Shown here piece by piece: positions 16,982-20,000 of a stretch of 20,000 bases of DNA. The first letter of the stretch is position 1, and each line of letters begins with the position of its first letter. A model generated the notes under the pieces. That model was given only the letters and a program-made list of their open reading frames with translations, was not told where the DNA came from and did no database searches. The stretch is from an uncultured virus (IMG/VR IMGVR_UViG_3300010938_000022) (taxonomy: Duplodnaviria; Heunggongvirae; Uroviricota; Caudoviricetes), in IMG/VR virus record IMGVR_UViG_3300010938_000022; one strand, given 5' to 3'. A program made the translations under genes and the position numbers.

Positions 16982-17059
16982 TGGTTGGCCCAGTGAGACT
17001 TGCACTCACACTCTTACGATTATCAATCGTATGCTTTGAACTAATTAAGCTATGGGCCA
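16982..17059 (-). tRNA. tRNA-Ile(GAT)
   Basis: TGGCCCA/TGGGCCA-A-CCA, TACGA-TTGATAA-TCGTA, T-loop TGCAAGT. Confidence 0.93.
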
Positions 17060-17099
17060 ATTTTAATCATTAGAATCCTTATAGAATTACTCTTTTGGG

Positions 17100-17186
17100 C
17101 TTAGAATCCATTCCTCAATTTCATCTTTATTTAGAGTATTTACAATATACTTTATTAAATTAGTCTTATTTAAACCATAATAACCT
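17100..17186. repeat. 87-bp direct repeat, copy 2 (orphan 3' end of a paralogue)
   Basis: Encodes GYYGLNKTNLIKYIVNTLNKDEIEEWILS on the minus strand without its N-terminus. Confidence 0.9.
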
Positions 17187-17199
17187 AGCGAATTTCTGC

Positions 17200-17440
17200 T
17201 TACTTGTTTCCATATTTTTCTTTCGATTTGGTTGGCCTATTTACTTTATCTGATAATTCACTTACAAATTTAATGAAATTTAGAATTATTAAATGGTCAA
17301 TATTTGAAATTCCTACCTCTGAATTTCTTAAACCTTTGTGGTTCTTGTACCCTTCTCCCCAATACAAGCCTAAAAAGCCCATAATTTTGGATTCAATGCT
17401 AAAGTAGCTTTCTTTGAATTTTCTTGTCTCGTATTCATTA
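17200..17440 (-). pseudogene. LAGLIDADG-like endonuclease fragment
   Basis: GFLGLYWGEGYK...VGISNID...LNFIKFV resembles a LAGLIDADG helix and following strand; truncated. Confidence 0.5.
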
Positions 17441-17452
17441 CTCTTTGAAATA

Positions 17453-17584
17453 CTACCAGTATTTGTACATATCTTTCAATTTCTTTTTAATACGTGCCTT
17501 CATGAAGCGTTTGCGTTTGCGTTTTCTTCTAAGGGGTCCTGTCTTAATTTTCTTATAAGGCTTCATTAGATAGATTTCTTTCAT
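17453..17584 (-). CDS. small highly basic protein
   Basis: MKEIYLMKPYKKIKTGPLRRKRKRKRFMKARIKKKLKDMYKYW. Confidence 0.45.
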   Translation of the reverse strand: MKEIYLMKPYKKIKTGPLRRKRKRKRFMKARIKKKLKDMYKYW

Positions 17585-17590
17585 TTTACG

Positions 17591-17659
17591 TGGTGCCTTG
17601 GATAGCACCCATATATGCTCTTTAGAAGAGAGCTGTCCTGTCTGTTGAACGACCAAGGC
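17591..17659 (-). pseudogene. tRNA-Arg(TCT) with internal T-arm deletion
   Basis: GCCTTGG/CCAAGGC-A-CCA, GCTCT-CTTCTAA-AGAGC intact; T-arm reduced to ATGGGTGCTAT. Confidence 0.8.
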
Positions 17660-17719
17660 AAATTCGGTTAGGTAGATCGGGCGTTACTCCAATTACTGGT
17701 TTCGGTTTCGAACCCTATT

Positions 17720-17795
17720 TGGTGGAGACGAAGGGATTTGAACCCTTATCCTTCACGATGCCATCGTGCTGCTCCGCCAGTTGAGCTACGTCCCC
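17720..17795 (-). tRNA. tRNA-Ala(GGC)
   Basis: GGGGACG/CGTCTCC-A-CCA with G3-U70, loop ATGGCAT. Confidence 0.93.
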
Positions 17796-17866
17796 ACTTT
17801 TGGATGGGTAGTTGAATTTGTGTGAATCATATGCCCATCAATTTCAATTAACAAATTTATCCTTTA

Positions 17867-17954
17867 TGGCGGAGTGCAGTGGTCTCGATCCACACCCATT
17901 TTCATGGGCCACCTGTTTAGCAAACAAGGCTGGAACCATTCCAGTTTACACTCC
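17867..17954 (-). tRNA. tRNA-Ser(GCT), second copy
   Basis: GGAGTGT/GCACTCC-G-CCA, loop TTGCTAA, long variable arm, T-loop ATCGAGA. Confidence 0.88.
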
Positions 17955-17958
17955 AATT

Positions 17959-18033
17959 TGGTAGCTCCACGGAGTATTGCACTCACGATTTCTAGGTTGA
18001 AAGCCTAGTTGCCTTCTCTTAGCAGATGGAGCC
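17959..18033 (-). tRNA. tRNA-Glu(TTC)
   Basis: GGCTCCA/TGGAGCT-A-CCA, CTAGG-CTTTCAA-CCTAG. Confidence 0.9.
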
Positions 18034-18387
18034 TCACTATTACTTTCTTGGCCCTTTTAATAAACTATCTATTAGTAACCAAGCTTCTTCTAATTCTTCA
18101 TCATGTTGCTCTGAATTAAAACACTTCTTTTTGCCTGCTGCAATAATTTAGCAGCTTTTGATATTTTCATATATTCTATATTATCTTTTGTACTTTCAAT
18201 CAGTAAGACACTGTTTACCTACTTCAGCATCTATCCAAAGTGTTAAAGATTCATTTACTACTTTCAAATGCTATCTTGGCTAATTTAGTGAATTCCTTCT
18301 TGTCTAAATGGTCTAAACATCCACCAGTTTCTAATTCATATTTTCTTTCATTTGGTAACATAAATGGGAAATTGTATTAGCCAATTT

Positions 18388-18804
18388 TTAAGTCCATAAA
18401 AAACTCCTAATTTTCATTAGACGGATTAATTTTTCTGTATCTTCTTTTATGAAATTACCCCACCAACCATCACGCTTTGGGAAAACATGTATCCACCAAT
18501 TATATAGCTCTTTAATTTCTTTTTCTGCTGCTGCAGCTTCTGGGCTAGTACCTTCCCAATCAATAACTTCAAATGGATTTTCGTTTTCTACAAATTCTTT
18601 TAGCAAACCGAAGTTGGCATATAGTATTCGAGTGTCAATATCGTAGTATCCAGGTTTCAAATCTATGTGATACTTTTCAACAATTCTATGTTTAAACCAC
18701 CATTTAATATCTTTAAACAACTTTGTAGGCTGGCACAACCTATGTTTAAACCACCATTTGAAACTCATAATTAACCTTTCGAGCCAAGGCTTTAGATAAG
18801 ACAT
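18388..18804 (-). CDS. hypothetical phage protein
   Basis: Trp-rich ORF with internal KWWFKHR repeat and EIKELYNWW...LIRLMKIRSFLWT end. Confidence 0.7.
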   Translation of the reverse strand: MSYLKPWLERLIMSFKWWFKHRLCQPTKLFKDIKWWFKHRIVEKYHIDLKPGYYDIDTRILYANFGLLKEFVENENPFEVIDWEGTSPEAAAAEKEIKELYNWWIHVFPKRDGWWGNFIKEDTEKLIRLMKIRSFLWT

Positions 18805-19074
18805 CTTTATGTATATCAACCTCTAGTTTCAAGTACAACAACTTCACGGGTTTTTGTATCGATTTCAATCAATACAATTTCACCATATTTTACAAATTTT
18901 GCAATGGCTTCTTCCAAATCTTATCTCAGCGAAGTCAGGGTCTGCTTCAAAATCTTCTCTTGAAATGCTACATTCTTCAAATCATCAATAAGGGGCAACT
19001 TCCTTCACTACGACATTCTGGGCAGATTTCCCATTTTGATGACATATTTGTTTCGACTTCATCACCTTCCTAAT

Positions 19075-19545
19075 CTAGGAAATTATAAATCCGATTTTAA
19101 CAATTGGTGGCCTTATTTTTAGGCCGAGGTTTGACAATTCCAATTTAATACGCTTTAAGTCTTTGGCTACTCTCTTAGAGATTAAATCTTCATAAAGGAA
19201 ACTACCACCAATAGTGATATTGTCACACCCATCTCTATCATCTTGTGTTTCAAGCACAGGCCCCAAAATATATTTAGAATCAGAGCCATCTCCAAGATAA
19301 TTTTTGGTTACTATACAATCACATTGAATATTCTGTGCAATAAATTGTCCAATATCTTCATTATAATCATACATATCTTCTAAATAAGTTTTAGCCGGAA
19401 TAAGTTTTGCTACAGCTTCAAGTTCTTTTTCAGTAAATTCATATCCAAATCCAATAGCGAATGAATATTCAATACTCATATTGTTCCTTTCAAGTGTGGA
19501 TTTTGTTGAATATGTTCTTTCTTTATTTTCAACGATTTTATTCAT
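19075..19545 (-). CDS. hypothetical protein
   Basis: 156 aa ORF; alternative start at MSIEYS preceded by AAGGA. Confidence 0.7.
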   Translation of the reverse strand: MNKIVENKERTYSTKSTLERNNMSIEYSFAIGFGYEFTEKELEAVAKLIPAKTYLEDMYDYNEDIGQFIAQNIQCDCIVTKNYLGDGSDSKYILGPVLETQDDRDGCDNITIGGSFLYEDLISKRVAKDLKRIKLELSNLGLKIRPPIVKIGFIIS

Positions 19546-19808
19546 CTACCCCAGATGATGAGTGAGATCACCAATACTCCCCAAATCCCAGTACTTCCAT
19601 ATTTTTCATAACTTTGTAGAGTTTTATAGATGGCGTATCCACAAAATCCTAAGCTTGCAGCACTAAAAATCATCCAAAACGGAATAATAAGAAGCATGAT
19701 TAAACCACCAATAATCAAGGATGGGATGCGTGATTCGTATAAAGCATCCATCAATAACTCTTTGATTCCGTAACTTGGAGTTTCACTAATAACCTGGCTC
19801 AGGAACAA
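19542..19808 (-). CDS. hypothetical membrane protein
   Basis: Hydrophobic segments; start codon uncertain. Confidence 0.55.
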   Translation of the reverse strand: MFLSQVISETPSYGIKELLMDALYESRIPSLIIGGLIMLLIIPFWMIFSAASLGFCGYAIYKTLQSYEKYGSTGIWGVLVISLIIWGR

Positions 19809-20000
19809 ATGTCTGTAATGTCATCTCCAGCCAAAATACCATGATCTGCAAACCACTGTTGAAGTTTATTCATATCTATTTTACGATGATTTACAACAGC
19901 ATGCAATTTATTATTAAGCAATGCAAGTACAGTTGCAACATCTGGTGATAAAGTTTCTTTATTGAACCAACTTTCATATGGTAATTCATTTACCACTAAA
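19799..20000 (-). CDS. hypothetical protein, partial (runs off window)
   Basis: Frame open to the window edge. Confidence 0.5.
   Translation of the reverse strand, partial: LVVNELPYESWFNKETLSPDVATVLALLNNKLHAVVNHRKIDMNKLQQWFADHGILAGDDITDICS

Noticed and set aside
17662..17716. tRNA-like scraps (GGTTCGAAACC, AACCG end)
   Set aside because: They cannot be folded into a cloverleaf and the isotype is unassignable
1..20000. CRISPR array or diversity-generating retroelement
   Set aside because: No regularly spaced repeats and no reverse transcriptase; the 87-bp repeat mismatches are not confined to adenines on one strand

Overview
AT-rich, gene-dense window that reads as part of a large (jumbo-type) bacteriophage genome. 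Almost everything lies on the minus strand. It contains small accessory genes: two MazG-like NTP pyrophosphatases, a BNR/sialidase-fold protein, HU, a PLD-like HxK nuclease, an HNH protein, a lipoprotein, DUF4326, a nucleoside 2-deoxyribosyltransferase-like protein, a 2H phosphoesterase and a SpoU/TrmH methyltransferase. A short plus-strand block encodes probable virion proteins (Ig-like plus LamG). About 15 apparently complete tRNA genes and several damaged ones are dispersed from 6.8 to 18.0 kb. Most notable: (i) a rearranged RNase P RNA gene whose central part is restored by two short inversions at 3-bp inverted repeats; (ii) two structured, CCA-terminated non-tRNA RNA candidates and a possible tmRNA remnant; (iii) a GC-rich ORF resembling a domain I know from plant SAP/CCCH proteins; (iv) a shared TCAAATATA(C/G)T motif just upstream of three genes; (v) pervasive micro-deletions and inversions at microhomologies, which may be real decay or a sequencing/assembly artefact. 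All family calls come from motif recognition by eye; no database searches were run.
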